A stretch of 64,000 nucleotides of DNA from Eledone cirrhosa (GCA_964016885.1 OZ024753.1:25482001-25546000); one strand, 5' to 3'; shown: positions 38,547 through 51,250, counted from the first letter of the stretch. A program made the numbers and translations. Notes: generated from the letters alone by a model not told the origin.

Positions 38547-39659
38547 TATATATAATTAAAAGTATATATATGAGTTTTTATCTGGCGGGTAATTTTGTAT
38601 GCTTTTGCCACTGTGGGTAACAACAGATATTATATCGTTAAAAATAATTAAAATACTTATAATTTCATAGTTTATGCAATGAATACTAATATTTTATATA
38701 TAAAAATAGTTATTACCTTAGAATAAGATTTGAAAAGCAAATTTCTCGTTTGTATATTTACACTAAATATATAAAAGATATGTTAGTAATTCTCTGATAA
38801 TTGTTTCAGATTTAGACACTAAGTCAACAACTTTGGAGGAAGAGAAAGTCGATTAAATCGAAACTAGTGAATTACTGGTACTTTCTTTTATCAACGTTGT
38901 AAGGATGAAATGCAAAGCTAATCTCGGCGGGATTTATCCGACGTCCTAACAATTCTACGAAACCAAAATACTTCTTATTTTAAATTACTTTCATTAAAAG
39001 TATTCTTCGCCCACTTATTCCTGGGAGTGGGGCTTTAGCAGTAAAAAGGGTGTTTGACTGTTATAGCAAATAAAGATGTTTGTAGCAGTAGATGTATCGT
39101 TGAAGTAGAAATTGAAGTTATTATTTGGTTGTAGCTTGGTTGATGGTTGTCGCCACGAAAGCAAATGAATCTTTAACATAGTTGTAGGCAATTGAGTTAA
39201 CAAAGTCAAATATTGTACTTATTTGTTGTGGAATGATAGTACCTTGGGAAAAAGGATTTTCCCATATCACGTCCGACGTTATATTTTTAGTGTGTGTACA
39301 GATTTGTTAGTGGCAGGAATATCAGAAGGCTTTTAAACATTTTTACAATGGTTTATTTACAACCATACAAGACTACAATAAATTGTTGCTGGCATGCCGC
39401 AAAAGTTAATGAACAAAAATTAAGTGGTGGAAGACAAAAGTTGGCCCCTCGCCGATAGGGCCAGAGGTTTCTTTTTTACCGTTACATCTCGCTAGTGTTG
39501 ACACTGGGGTGCAAAAGTATGTTGACTTGACGGAGTGAAAGCAGCAACTAGAGTAAAGTCAATAAAAGAAGCACGAATTTCTTCTGGCTTGGCAGAAGTT
39601 GTATATTCATGCGCAACTTACACGATTGGTCAACCAGTGACCAAATAGCGCATGGAAGA

Positions 39660-39990
39660 TTGTTGTTGCGAGATATGCGGCTACATGGGCAGAGTCCTCA
39701 AACACTCCTGCCAGCGGGTCATGTCAGAAGAAACCGTCTCCAATTGATCCAGCTGGACCCCCAAACGAGACCAGCCAACCTCATGGATAAAATCTGTCCA
39801 GCAATTCTTTCCTTAGACATTATAAACGGGGTGTGGGGATAAGCCCAATATATCAGCAACTAAACCATCAACCAAGTTCTCCTCGGGAAGATTTATGGTG
39901 GCTAGCAGAAGTAAAATTAACAGCCGTTAAACCAGTGGTACAGGCTATATTACCAACTCTGGTACGGAGAGAAGACGTCATGGCAGACAC
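39660..39990 (-). pseudogene. Old RTE-type C-terminal fragment
   Basis: WTDFIHEVGWSRLGVQLDQLETVSSDMTRWQECLRTLPM resembles the RTE ORF end. Confidence 0.5.
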
Positions 39991-40006
39991 ACTACGATAT
40001 AAATAG

Positions 40007-43000
40007 AGGTGTGACTATGTAAGGTGTGGTAATTATGGTATGTGTCATAGGTGTGACTATATAAGGTGTGGCAAGGATGGTATGATGTGTCATAGGTGTG
40101 ACTATCTAAGGTGTGGCAAGTATGGTATGTGTCATAGGTGTGACTATATAAGGTGTGGCAAGTATGGTATGATGTGTCATAGACGTGACTATATAAGGTA
40201 TGGCAAGCAAGGTATGATGTGTCAAGGTATGATGTGTCATAGGTGTGGCAAGTATGGTATGTGTCATAGGTGTGACTATATAAGGTGTGGCAAGAATGGT
40301 ATGTGTCATAGGTGTGACTATATAAGGTGCGGCAAGGATGGTATGTGTCATAGGTGTGACTATATAAGGTATGGCAAGTATGGTATGATGTGTCATAGGT
40401 GTGACTATATAAGGTGTGGCAAGTATGGTATGTGTCATAGGTGTGACTATGTAAGGTGTGGCAAGGATGGTATGTGTCATAGGTGTGACTATGTAAGGTG
40501 TGGCAAGGATGGTATGTGTCATAGGTGTGACTATATAAGGTGTGGCAAGGATGGTATGTGTCATAGGTGTGACTATATAAGGTGTGGCAAGGATGGTATG
40601 TGTCATAGGTGTGACTATATAAGGTGTGGCAAGGATGGTATGTGTCATAGGTGTGACTATATAAGGTGTGGCAAGGATGGTATGTGTCATAGCTGTAACT
40701 ATATAAGGTATGGCAAGTATGGTATGATGTGTCATAGGTGTGACTATATAAGGTTTGGCAAGGATGGTATGTGTCATAGGTGTGACTATATAAGGTATGG
40801 CAAGCATGGTATGATGTGTCATAGGTGTGACTATATAAGGTGTGGCAAGTATGGTATGATGTGTCATAGGTGTGACTATAGCAAGTGTGGCAAGGATGGT
40901 ATGTGTCATAGGTGTGACTATATAAGGTATGGCAAGGATGGTATGATGTGTCATAGGTGTGACTATATAAGGTGTGGCAAGGATGGTATGTGTCATAGGT
41001 GTGACTATATAAGGTGTGGCAAGGATGGTATGTGTCATAGGTGTGACTATATAAGGTGTGGCAAGTATGGTATGATGTGTCATAGTTGTGACTATAGCAG
41101 ATGTGGCAAGGATGGTATGTGTCATAGGTGTGACTATATAAGGTATGGCAAGGATGGTATGATGTGTCATAGGTGTGACTATATAAGGTTTGGCAAGGAT
41201 GGTATGTGTCATAGGTGTGACTATATAAGGTGTGGCAAGGATGGTATGTGTCATAGGTGTGACTATATAAGGTGTGGCAAGGATGGTATGTGTCATAGGT
41301 GTGACTATATAAGGTGTGGAAAGGATGTTATGTGTCATAGGTGTGACAATATAAGGTATGGCAAGCATGGTATGATGTGTCATAGGTGTGACTATATAAG
41401 GTATGGCAAGTATGGTATGATGTGTCATAGGTGTGACTATATAAGGTATGGCAAGTATGGTATGATGTGTCATAGGTGTGACAATATAAGGTATGGCAAG
41501 CATGGTATGATGTGTCATAGGTGTGATTATATACGGTGTGGCAAGTATGGTATGTGTCATAGGTGTGACTATATAAGGTGTGGCAAGTATGGTATGATGT
41601 GTCATAGGTGTGACTATATAATGTGTGGCAAGTATGGTATGTGTCATAGGTGTGACTATATAAGGTGTGGCAAGTATGGTATGATGTGTCATAGACGTGA
41701 CTATATAAGGTATGGCAAGTAAGGTATGATGTGTCAAGGTATGATGTATCATAGGTGTGACTATATAAGGTGTGGCAAGGATGGTATGTGTCATAGGTGT
41801 GACTATTTAAGGTATGGCAAGTATGGTATGATGTGTCATAGGTGTGACTATATAAGGTGTGGCAAGTATGGTATGTGTCATAGGTGTGACTATATAAGGT
41901 GTGGCAAGTATGGTATGTGTCATACGTGTGACTATATAAGGTGTGGCAAGTATGGTATGATGTGTCATAGGTGTGACTATATAAGGTGTGGCAAGTATGG
42001 TATGTGTCGTAGGTGTGACTATATAAGGTGTGGCAAAGATGCTATGTGTCATAGGTGTGACTATATAAGGTGTAGCAAGGATGGTATGATATGTCATAGG
42101 TGTAACTATGTAAGGTATGGCAAGGGTGGTATGATGTGTCATAGGTGTGACTATAGAAGGTTTGGCAAGAATGGTATGTGTCATAGGTGTGACTATATAA
42201 GGTGTGGCGAGGATGGTATGTGTCATAGACGTGACTATATAAGGTATGGCAAGCATGGTATGATGTGTCATAGGTGTGACTATATAAGGTACGGCAAGAA
42301 TGGTATGATGTGTCATAGGTGTGACTATATAAGGTGTGGCAAGTATGGTATGTGTCATAGGTGTGACTATGTAAGGTATGGCAAGGATGGTATGTACCAT
42401 AGGTGTGACTATATAAGGTATGGCAAGCATGGTATGTGTCATAGGTGTGACTATATAAGGTGTGGCAAGAATGGTATGTGTCATAGGTGTGACTATATAA
42501 GGTGTGGCAAGGATGGTATGTGTCATAGGTGTGACTATATAAGGTATGGCAAGTATGGTATGATGTGTCATAGGTGTGACTATATAAGGTATGGCAAGCA
42601 TGGTATGTGTCATAGGTGTGACTATATAAGGTGTGGCAAGAATGGTATGTGTCATAGGTGTGACTATATAAGGTGTGGCAAGTATGGTATGATGTGTCAT
42701 AGGTGTGACTATATAAGGTATGAAAAGGATGGTATGTGTCATAGCTATAACTATATAAGGTGTGGCAAGTATGGTATGATGTGTCATAGGTGTGACTATA
42801 GAAGGTTTGGCAAGAATCGTATGTGTCATAGGTGTGACTATATAAGGTGTGGCAAGGATGGTATGTGTCATACGTGTGACTATATAAGGTGTGGCAATGA
42901 TGGTATGTGTCATAGGTGTGACTATATAAGGTATGGCAAGGATGGTATGTGTCATACGTGTGACTATATAAGGTGTGGCAAGGATGGTATGTGTCATAGG

Positions 43001-44593
43001 TGTGACTATAGAAGGTTTGGCAAGAATGGTATGTGTCATAGGTGTGACTATATAAGGTGTGGCAAGGATGGTATGTGTCATACGTGTGACTATATAAGTG
43101 TGGCAAGGATGGTATGTGTCATACGTGTGACTATAGAAGGTGTGGCAAGAATGTTATGTGTCATAGGTGTGACTATATAAGGTATGGCGAGTATGGTATG
43201 TGTCATAGGTGTGACTATATAAGGTATGGCAAGGATGGTATGATGTGTCATAGGTGTGACTATATAAGGTATGGCAAGTATGGTATGATGTGTCATACGT
43301 GTGACTATAGAAGGTGTGGCAAGAATGGTATGTGTCATAAGTGTGACTATATAAGGTGTGGCGAGGATGGTATGTGTCATAGGTGTGACTATATAAGGTA
43401 TGGCAAGTATGGTATGATGTGTCATAGGTGTGACTATATAAGGTGTGGCAAGTATGGTATGTACCATAGGTGTGACTATATAAGGTATGGCAAGCATGGT
43501 ATGATGTGTCATAGGTGTGACTATATAAGGGGTGGCAAGGATGGTATGATGTGTCATAGGTGTGACTATATAAGGTGTGGCAACTATGGTATGTGTCATA
43601 TGTGTGACTATATAAGGTGTGGCAAGGATGGTATGAGGTGTCATAGGTGTGACTATATAAGGTGTGGCAAGGATGGTATGATGTGTCATAGGTGTGACTA
43701 TATAAGGTGTGGCAAAAATGGTATGATGTTTCATAGGTGTGACTATATAAGGCGTGGCAAGGATGGTATGTACCATAGGTGTGACTATATAAGGTATGGC
43801 AAGCATGGTATGTGTCATAGGTGTGACTATATAAGGTGTGGCAAGAATGGTATGTGTCATAGGTGTGACTATGTAAGGTATGGCAAGTATGGTATGATGT
43901 GTCATAGGTGTGACTATATAAGGCGTGGCAAGGATGGTATGTGTCATATGTGTGACTATATAAGGTGTGGCAAGAATGGTATGATGTGTCATAGGTGTGA
44001 CTATATAAGGCGTGGCAAGGATGGTATGATGTGTCATAGGTGTGACTATATAAGGCGTGGCAAGGATGGTATGTGTCATAGGTGTGACTATATAAGGTGT
44101 GGCAAGGATGGTATGTGTTATAGGTATGACTATATAAGGGTGGCAATATGGTATGTGTCATAGGTGTGACTATATAAGGTGTGGCAAGCATGGTATGATG
44201 TGTCATAGGTGTGACTATATAAGGTGTGGCAAGCATGGTATGATGTGTCATAGGCGTGACTATATAAGGTGTGGCAAGTATGGTATGATGTGTCATAGGT
44301 GTTACTATATAATATGTGGCAAGAATGGTATGATATGTCATAGGTGTGACTATATAAGGTGTGGCAAATATGGTATGTTTCATAGGTGTGACTATATAAG
44401 GTGTGGCAAGGATGGTATGTGTTATAGGTATGACTATATAAGGGTGGCAAGTATGGTATGTTTCATAGGTGTGACTATATAAGGTGTGGCAAGGATGGTA
44501 TGTGTTATAGGTGTGACTATATAAGGTGTGGCAAGTATGGTATGTTTCATAGGTGTGACTATATAAGGTGTGGCAAGTATGGTATGTACCATA
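40007..44593. repeat. ~4.6-kb minisatellite, 39/42-bp unit gtgtcataggtgtgactatataaggtgtggcaaggatggtat(gat), ~110 copies
   Basis: Direct inspection. Confidence 0.97.
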
Positions 44594-45699
44594 GACGCCA
44601 CCTAGACAAGGAACACTATCTACTAAAGTAAAATAAGCTATGGTCGGAGAGTGAGAAAAGAAAGTTCTACGATGAGTGAGAAACACTATGGTGGTTGGAT
44701 TAATGAACGCAATTAGTACTTTTGAGATGATTCTATTGTTATCTGAAAGATGAGTTTCAAATATTTGGGCAGGGGTGCAATTTCACTGCTTGCCATAGCA
44801 GAGCTTCCTTTGCAGTTTTAGAAGTGGAGGGGCTTAAGTATATATACTGCATGTACATGTGTATTATTATTAGCTCACACATTTTATCACTAAGACGAGA
44901 CTAAGAAAGAAATTAAAAGCCTTCTCACTCCTGTTGGAGGAATTCCTCCCTGGTTGACCTCCACTGCTTTCTGTTTGGTTATCGTAATGCCAGGTGTGAA
45001 GCTGCTCTCATCATGGCCAATTGTGTATTGTTGAAGTTACTTAACCCATAGTTGGGGGGAATGACCATGAACTCTGAGGAGTTCATACACCCTTTTAATA
45101 ACTCTTGTTTTTTGTGCTGCTGGGTTCAACTTACCCTCCTCATCTGACCAGGGTCTGATGGGAGGGCCAGTTTAATCGCCGACTACTCGACATGAAGCAG
45201 GTTGTATTGGGTTACATGGTACCAGTAGCATACAGAAGCCTGATCTGGCCACAGCTCTAACCATGTGTTTATTTTGTTTGATAGTTGATCCAACCATAGC
45301 TATCACTGCCTTTGTTGAAGCCAGACATGTAGATGAAGGTGAAGTGGTAGAAATTATTTTTCGTTATATTTTCTTTTGAAAGCTCTCAAGAGGTAAGGAG
45401 TGGGATTTGCTATAAAAATCAAAACTGGTAAAAGATCTGAACCTGTGCCCACCCCCACACCCATACACACCTTCCGTACCGCTTTGCTTCTTGGTTGTCA
45501 TCATTTGCAGATAGCTGATCTCGTAGGCTTGAGAGAAATGCCTTCTAAATAATTTTTTAAAAGGCTCTTGGGAAAGATTGGCTACATTTCATAAACCTCT
45601 CAAGAGGCAGTTGTACAACTGTGGATCTTTAAATACCAAACTGATCTGTAATAAATCAAAATTTCACAAAAGTAGTGGGGCCTGACTGACCGCTTCTGC

Positions 45700-45960
45700 T
45701 TTGCCCCAGTCTCTGTCGAGACCTCTGGTATCCTTGGTCCCTGCACTGATGATTTCCTCCATGAATTCGGAAATAGGGTGGCCCACTTGAGGTGGGATGG
45801 CTTTGCAGTGGGTATCTCTGGTCATTCTCTATGGTAACGCTTTTGCCCTTTGTTTGCGGGGCATGGTTGAAGCACTGTTCAGACTGGGGGATAATGACTG
45901 TCCCTCCCCATCTCCCTTTCTTTCTTTTTTTTCTTTTTATTTTATTTTCCCTTTTCTGAC
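45700..45960 (+). mobile_element. CRE-like 3' end remnant
   Basis: PVSVETSGILGPCTDDFLHEFGNR...VSLVILYGNAFAL followed by a T-rich tail. Confidence 0.6.
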
Positions 45961-46710
45961 CCCCCTTAGTAGTGTGTTTGTTTTATTAGATACTGCTCAA
46001 TTATTTTTATATAAGTCAAATGTGTGAGCAGCAGTCCAACCCACTTAACTTAAAAGATTTACAGAGTCTCAACAACAAAATATGGCATCGAAGTGGTGGC
46101 AGAGATGTTAGGACGTTGGATTAAATGCCGTGGCATTTCTTTCAGCTCATTGTGCTTTGAGGTCAAACTACGCCAAGGTCAACTTTGCTTTCCATCCTTT
46201 TGAGGTTCATAAATAAAGTACGCAGTACTAAGGTCTATTCTTCCTCTATTCCTCTTTATTACTATTGCTCTCTTTCTCTTTTTCTGGAAGAAACTGGCTT
46301 TGTTCAGAGCCAGAGAGGGATATACTCTACCAGGTTTAGAATGTCCAAGACCGACCATGTGTCATGTTGGTGCCTCTACGACAACATCAAGTGTTAAGGC
46401 ACCTTTCCACCTTCAACAATATCGTAATAAATATTCTCAAAACCCATCTCCTAAGCTCACGGCAGTTTATTGACAGAATGTTTAGAGAACATGCGTCAGC
46501 TATGACACTCCATCATGTCGGCCGGGACCACAAGGCAGACGACATATCAGAGTTGGGTGGCAGTCATGAAACGAAAGGGTTAATATGCTGACACACACAT
46601 ACAATTAAACAGACCCCAACGTGTTTAGTATTGTTTCTCCGTTTAGAAGATACTCGTATTGTTAGGGTACGAAGGATGTGGAATATTGTGTTGTTGTTAG
46701 TCATTTGTAC

Positions 46711-47804
46711 ACCAGATAGAAAAATGCGTACAGCAAAAAAAAGTAATATTGTTGGAATATAAACCTTTAAAAATACAGGACAAGAAACTAAAATAAAACT
46801 TTAAAAGAATAGGACAAGAAACTAAGATAAAACTTTGAAAGAATAGGACAAGAAACTAAGATAAAACTTTAAAGAATTGGACAAGAAATAAAAAATTTTA
46901 CAATAATATTATTTGCAAAATTTTTATTGGTAAAAAATCGAGTTCCACATTCATAGGCTCTGGGTTCCACATTCAGAGGTCGTCGTCAGACCGGGGGATC
47001 ATTTTATCCTGGTTTGAACACCAATTGGGCCATAACCATACCCCTATTTCATCATTCGGCGACACGCCTCATGTGCCATGCATAATGTGAATGGGCCCAT
47101 GGGCCCATGAGCACAGATCTTGAGCAGCAGCGGACGGTCTTGTCGTCCCGCTCATCCTTGATCTTGACCAACCCGTCCATCTTCTCCTTGCATCTTGTCC
47201 TTGAGTTCAAGTCCGGCAGTCCAGATGAATGCATGCCACAGCTTTCTGGTACAGGAAGGGGGAGCAGGAGGACTGGAGGGATGACGGGACAGAGGGAGGG
47301 AGGACCGGTGGTTGAGGGAGGTGCCGTAGTCGGTGGTCAGAGTCGACATCTTGTCCCGGTCGTCTTCTCCATCTTCGTCTGGTGTTGCGGGACCAGAAGT
47401 GCATTCTTGGAGGAGACCTGCAGCTGCATCGGCCAATTCTTCTTGCAATGGTCATTCTGACGGAGCAGAACTGCTCAGCCAACCAACCCCAACCAGAACC
47501 AACCGCTCAGGGGCAACGCACAATGAGAGCATGACAATTATTATGCACTAATCAAGAAGATACTGGGGCATAGCACAGGAAACGAATAAAAAAATTTTGC
47601 CACTAATATTATTGTAAAATTTTTTATTTCTTGTCCAATTCTTTAAAGTTTTATCTTAGTTTCTTGTCCTATTCTTTTAAAGTTTTATCTTAGTTTCTTG
47701 TCCTATTCTTTTAAAGTTTTATTTTAGTTTCTTGTCCTGTATTTTTAAAGGTTTATATTCCAACAATATTACTTTTTTTTGCTGTACGCATTTTTCTATC
47801 TGGT
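46711..47804. mobile_element. Foldback-like unit: ~220-bp inverted repeats (46711-46930 / 47585-47804) around a GC-richer ~650-bp core
   Basis: Arms are near-identical and contain 3-4 tandem ~34-bp subunits (aggacaagaaactaagataaaactttaaaagaat); no clear TSD. Confidence 0.7.
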
Positions 47805-48077
47805 CTACTATTTTTTAAGGCAATGCAAGCAACAACTATCTAATAATTAAATGATCATAGTGAATTACTGACAAGTGATTGACATTTTAAAGTTCTTTTG
47901 AGTATAATTGCAATCTAGTTGAGGCAACTGGCTTAATGACAAATCTAGTAAATCATGAATGCATTTGAGATGATTAGTGCATAATAGTGAATTGGTGAAA
48001 CTTGTGCATTTCAATGGTGTTACAACAATAGATGTAAGTTATATAGTAGTAATACTTTATCATTTTAACTTTTTAGA

Positions 48078-48437
48078 ATGGACAAAAACCCATGCAAAGA
48101 AATGACTTTGACTGCAGTGATTCTCTCCAATTTACTTACAAAGCAAAACGTGGTCAAATACCTTATCATCTCTGATAAAATGCCCATTGAATCACTGAAA
48201 ATCGGAAGCATGGAATTCCTCATAAAATGCACCTATGAATCGGAAGCCATCACATATATCAATGGATATAGGGAGTTGTTCACACTGGAAGACCATCACT
48301 TCATTTGTGACTTCATCAGTTATCTCCACGATTATCTCAGACACCCAATGCCATTGATGAGAGGTGATCCAATGTGTGAGCATGTAACTAATCTTATAGA
48401 AGTTGTTATCGACCACCTGGCTTTTAGTGACATTTGA
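48078..48437 (+). CDS. Orphan 119-aa ORF of unknown function
   Basis: Open, non-repetitive ORF directly preceded by a 43-nt gtaagt...ttttag intron-like segment (48034-48076); no recognisable motif. Confidence 0.4.
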   Translation: MDKNPCKEMTLTAVILSNLLTKQNVVKYLIISDKMPIESLKIGSMEFLIKCTYESEAITYINGYRELFTLEDHHFICDFISYLHDYLRHPMPLMRGDPMCEHVTNLIEVVIDHLAFSDI

Positions 48438-48604
48438 CTGATTTGACTGATAATGATGTATGTGTACATTCTTGTTACTATTTTAAGGCAATGCAAGCAA
48501 CAACTATTTAATAAAATTTAAATTTAAAAATGACCATTGTGCATTACTAGTATGATGACATTTTATTAAGTCACAAAATTAGTCAGTCAGCCATAGAACA
48601 AGGA

Positions 48605-49400
48605 TCAGGTGGCAAAAACATTGGCAAAAATTTGTGTCAATTTAAGATTTCCAACATTGTTCAAATGAATCATATCTGGTTTGAAGTCAGATTTGTCAAA
48701 TTTTGACCAATTTTCAATGTTGTGAAGATTGGGCAAGTTCAATTTTTGAATAATTTCTTTCATGCAGTAATTAAACTTTTCCAAACGAGAATTTCTCTTG
48801 CCCAAGTCATTTTTATTTTCAATTACACTTTGTGGACGTGGAATGACACCACTGTAGAAAATGGGTGTACAGTGGTGCTTTTCCGCTATTTTCTGTAGCC
48901 TTGCAAAGAGACTCTTCTCCTGTTTTTCCGGTTTTGTGCCTCGAATGGGCACTTTGTCCTTAATTTACAAATAAATGATTAATAAAAAATACTTGGGCAA
49001 AAATTATTGTATTACTTTGCACAGCTTTGTAGTGCTAACGGTGCGACGAGGATTCAGATCATTAGAGCCGACATGAACCACCAATACTTTCACAAAAGGA
49101 CAGCAGATAACAATGTTGGCGATTAACATTACCTGGCCCTGATGGGCCCCAGGTATACAAAATATCTAAGTATTTTTGTTGGTATGATAAGTAAATACAT
49201 TTGAATTAATATTTTTAAACCTTCTGGTCATTCGATTTCGCCACATTTCTAATTATGGATTTGTAAAAACTGGCATGAATGTGAATTTGATCAGTCCAAT
49301 TGCCCGATTTTAGTGAAAAGTTTTGATTCGAAATGGAAATACTCCATTTCCGTGCCATTGAAAAAATGAATAAGCCGATCAAAAAGCCACGAAACATCAT
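48605..49400 (-). CDS. SGNH/GDSL hydrolase (esterase), 3 exons: 49400-49221, 49165-49016, 48958-48605; ~227 aa
   Basis: Two phase-0 GT-AG introns (55 and 57 nt) join SIIRNV (block I Ser), FCIPGA (block II), LVVHVGSND (block III), IFYSGVIPR and KPDMIHLNNVG (block V DxxH) into one open frame. Confidence 0.75.
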
Positions 49401-49439
49401 TTTTAATTAAGCGAAATTAGTGGATGCAAATCTCAGAAA

Positions 49440-49826
49440 ATATTGTACACTATTCGCACCTATCGCACTATTCGCACCTATCGGTACAAAAATATAGCGC
49501 ACTATTCGCACCTATCGGTACAAAATATCGCACAACTGTTAATAATACTAGAAGTGCAAACTATCTGTTGAATACCTGGTATATGAAGAGCAACCGATAC
49601 GATCGGTCGGCGATCGGTCTTGAAGAAGAATGAAGAATGAAGTGAAATTTTGGTCTGGTTGTTGTTATCGGTGTTTCGCAGAGATGCCGTCACGAACAAA
49701 GGTGTCAGTGACACAAAGTTGTCCGCTTGAACAAAGGTGTCGGTCCGACAAAGGTGTCAGTCAGACAGACAGTCAGACAGTGTCACAGTCGGTGCAACAA
49801 AGCGATCGATGCGATTAAAAAAAATT
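49440..49826 (-). mobile_element. Helentron/HINE (DINE-1-like) terminal region
   Basis: Minus strand starts at a T-run, then a short palindromic subterminal segment, a (TGTC)n-like tract, repeated gacacctttgt motifs and atctctgcgaaacaccgat...accaaaatttcac; tandem cactattcgcacctatcg repeats. Family assignment is pattern recognition. Confidence 0.5.
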
Positions 49827-50549
49827 TAACTCACATGTTTACCTATATTTTCGCAAACTATTGATAGATTGGTACAAAAAATAGCTTTGATAATAAACAT
49901 AAATTTTTAACGAAGTATTTAAAAAGCATTTTAGCAGTGAAAAGTGAAGTAATGTTTCACACTGACGCAAGTAGGGCCGTTCAGAAATGACGTAGTCAAT
50001 TAGGAGGAGGGGATTCGGCGATTTGACTACATTTGACTAACGTAATCACAATCACAAGAGTTCCGCCGAAAAAAATTCGTCATTTCTGGATTACCTCCCC
50101 TAGCGTCACGCTTACTACTCACTCACTTGAACACAAGATTTATCAGCAAACTTTGATTATAAACTTTTTCCCACTGGACCAAATTTCTAGATTTTTAATG
50201 CGTAAGGATTTACTGTTCATGCTCATATAAGTTTTATCTCAGTTAAATAAAGGAGAGCCGCGCTGTACTGTCGTAAACAGAGGATTGCCAACGAAAACAC
50301 GACCACAACAATATTGCTAAACTAAATATAAACGGACTACCGTCCGTTTAGGATGGTGTCTTCAGGATGACCAAGTGGTTAAGAAGTTCTCTTCGCAATC
50401 AGGGCTGGATTTACCAATAGGCATAGTAAGTCATCGGCCTAGGGCCCACAGGTACATACTCTCTCACACACACACGCATATATATATCTGTGTGTGTGTG
50501 TGTGTGTATGTGTGTGTGAGTGTATTATGTATGTGAAAAACAAAGTCCT

Positions 50550-51250
50550 CCGCAAGACAGCAGAACCTGACTTATCACGGGAACCTGAGTCAGCTCTGGC
50601 CGATTGGACTGACAAAGGCCTCGCCATCCCCCAGTTTACAGATGCCCAACGTAACTAGGAGGACATCAAGTGCAGGTCTTCCTTCAGCCGGATTGAGTTT
50701 TCCATGAACCAATACTGTCTCGCATGCCTCCATCCCGCCTCGCAACCAAACAGATGTACGTGGCTCATTTTCGTGCTCTTCTCATCAACCGGTACCCTTC
50801 TTGATGAGTGCACTCGTATTGGGATAGTCCAGCGCCTTGGATAGAAGCGACGTGTTGCGACTCGTTTATTTCCTCCTGTATTGTCGTTTTGGACGACACC
50901 GCCACCCGCAACGAGAGGAAGATAACTAAATACCGGGTCTTGGCCGACTTTTTGTACCAGTCGCCATCGAGACCTCTCCTGTCCTCGCCCTCTATACTGC
51001 CAATATCCTCCGTAAAGTCGGAAAGACAACAGCCCACCTGAAGAAGTGAAGTGGGGTGGCTGATGCAGCGTGTGTCGCTGGTTATTCTCTGTGGCAATAC
51101 CTTCGCTATTCTGTCTGCATGGTACAGCCGAATACCGCTCAGACTGGTCAGTAGAGCCTCTTCTTTCTTCCTCTCCATCTCTTTCCTTGCTTAATTCTCT
51201 TGTTTTCTTTGTTTTCTTTCCCTTCCTTTTTTGTTGTTTTGTTCTTGTTT
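50550..51250 (+). mobile_element. CRE-like 3' fragment, highly decayed
   Basis: IEATCCDSF..ERKITKY, WLMQRVSLVILCGNTFAIL, T-rich tail. Confidence 0.6.

Noticed and set aside
40040-44686. 500-aa Cys-rich or zinc-finger-like ORFs
   Set aside because: Open on both strands because the unit length is a multiple of 3; stops and frameshifts present; no unique coding termini or splice context, so not called a CDS
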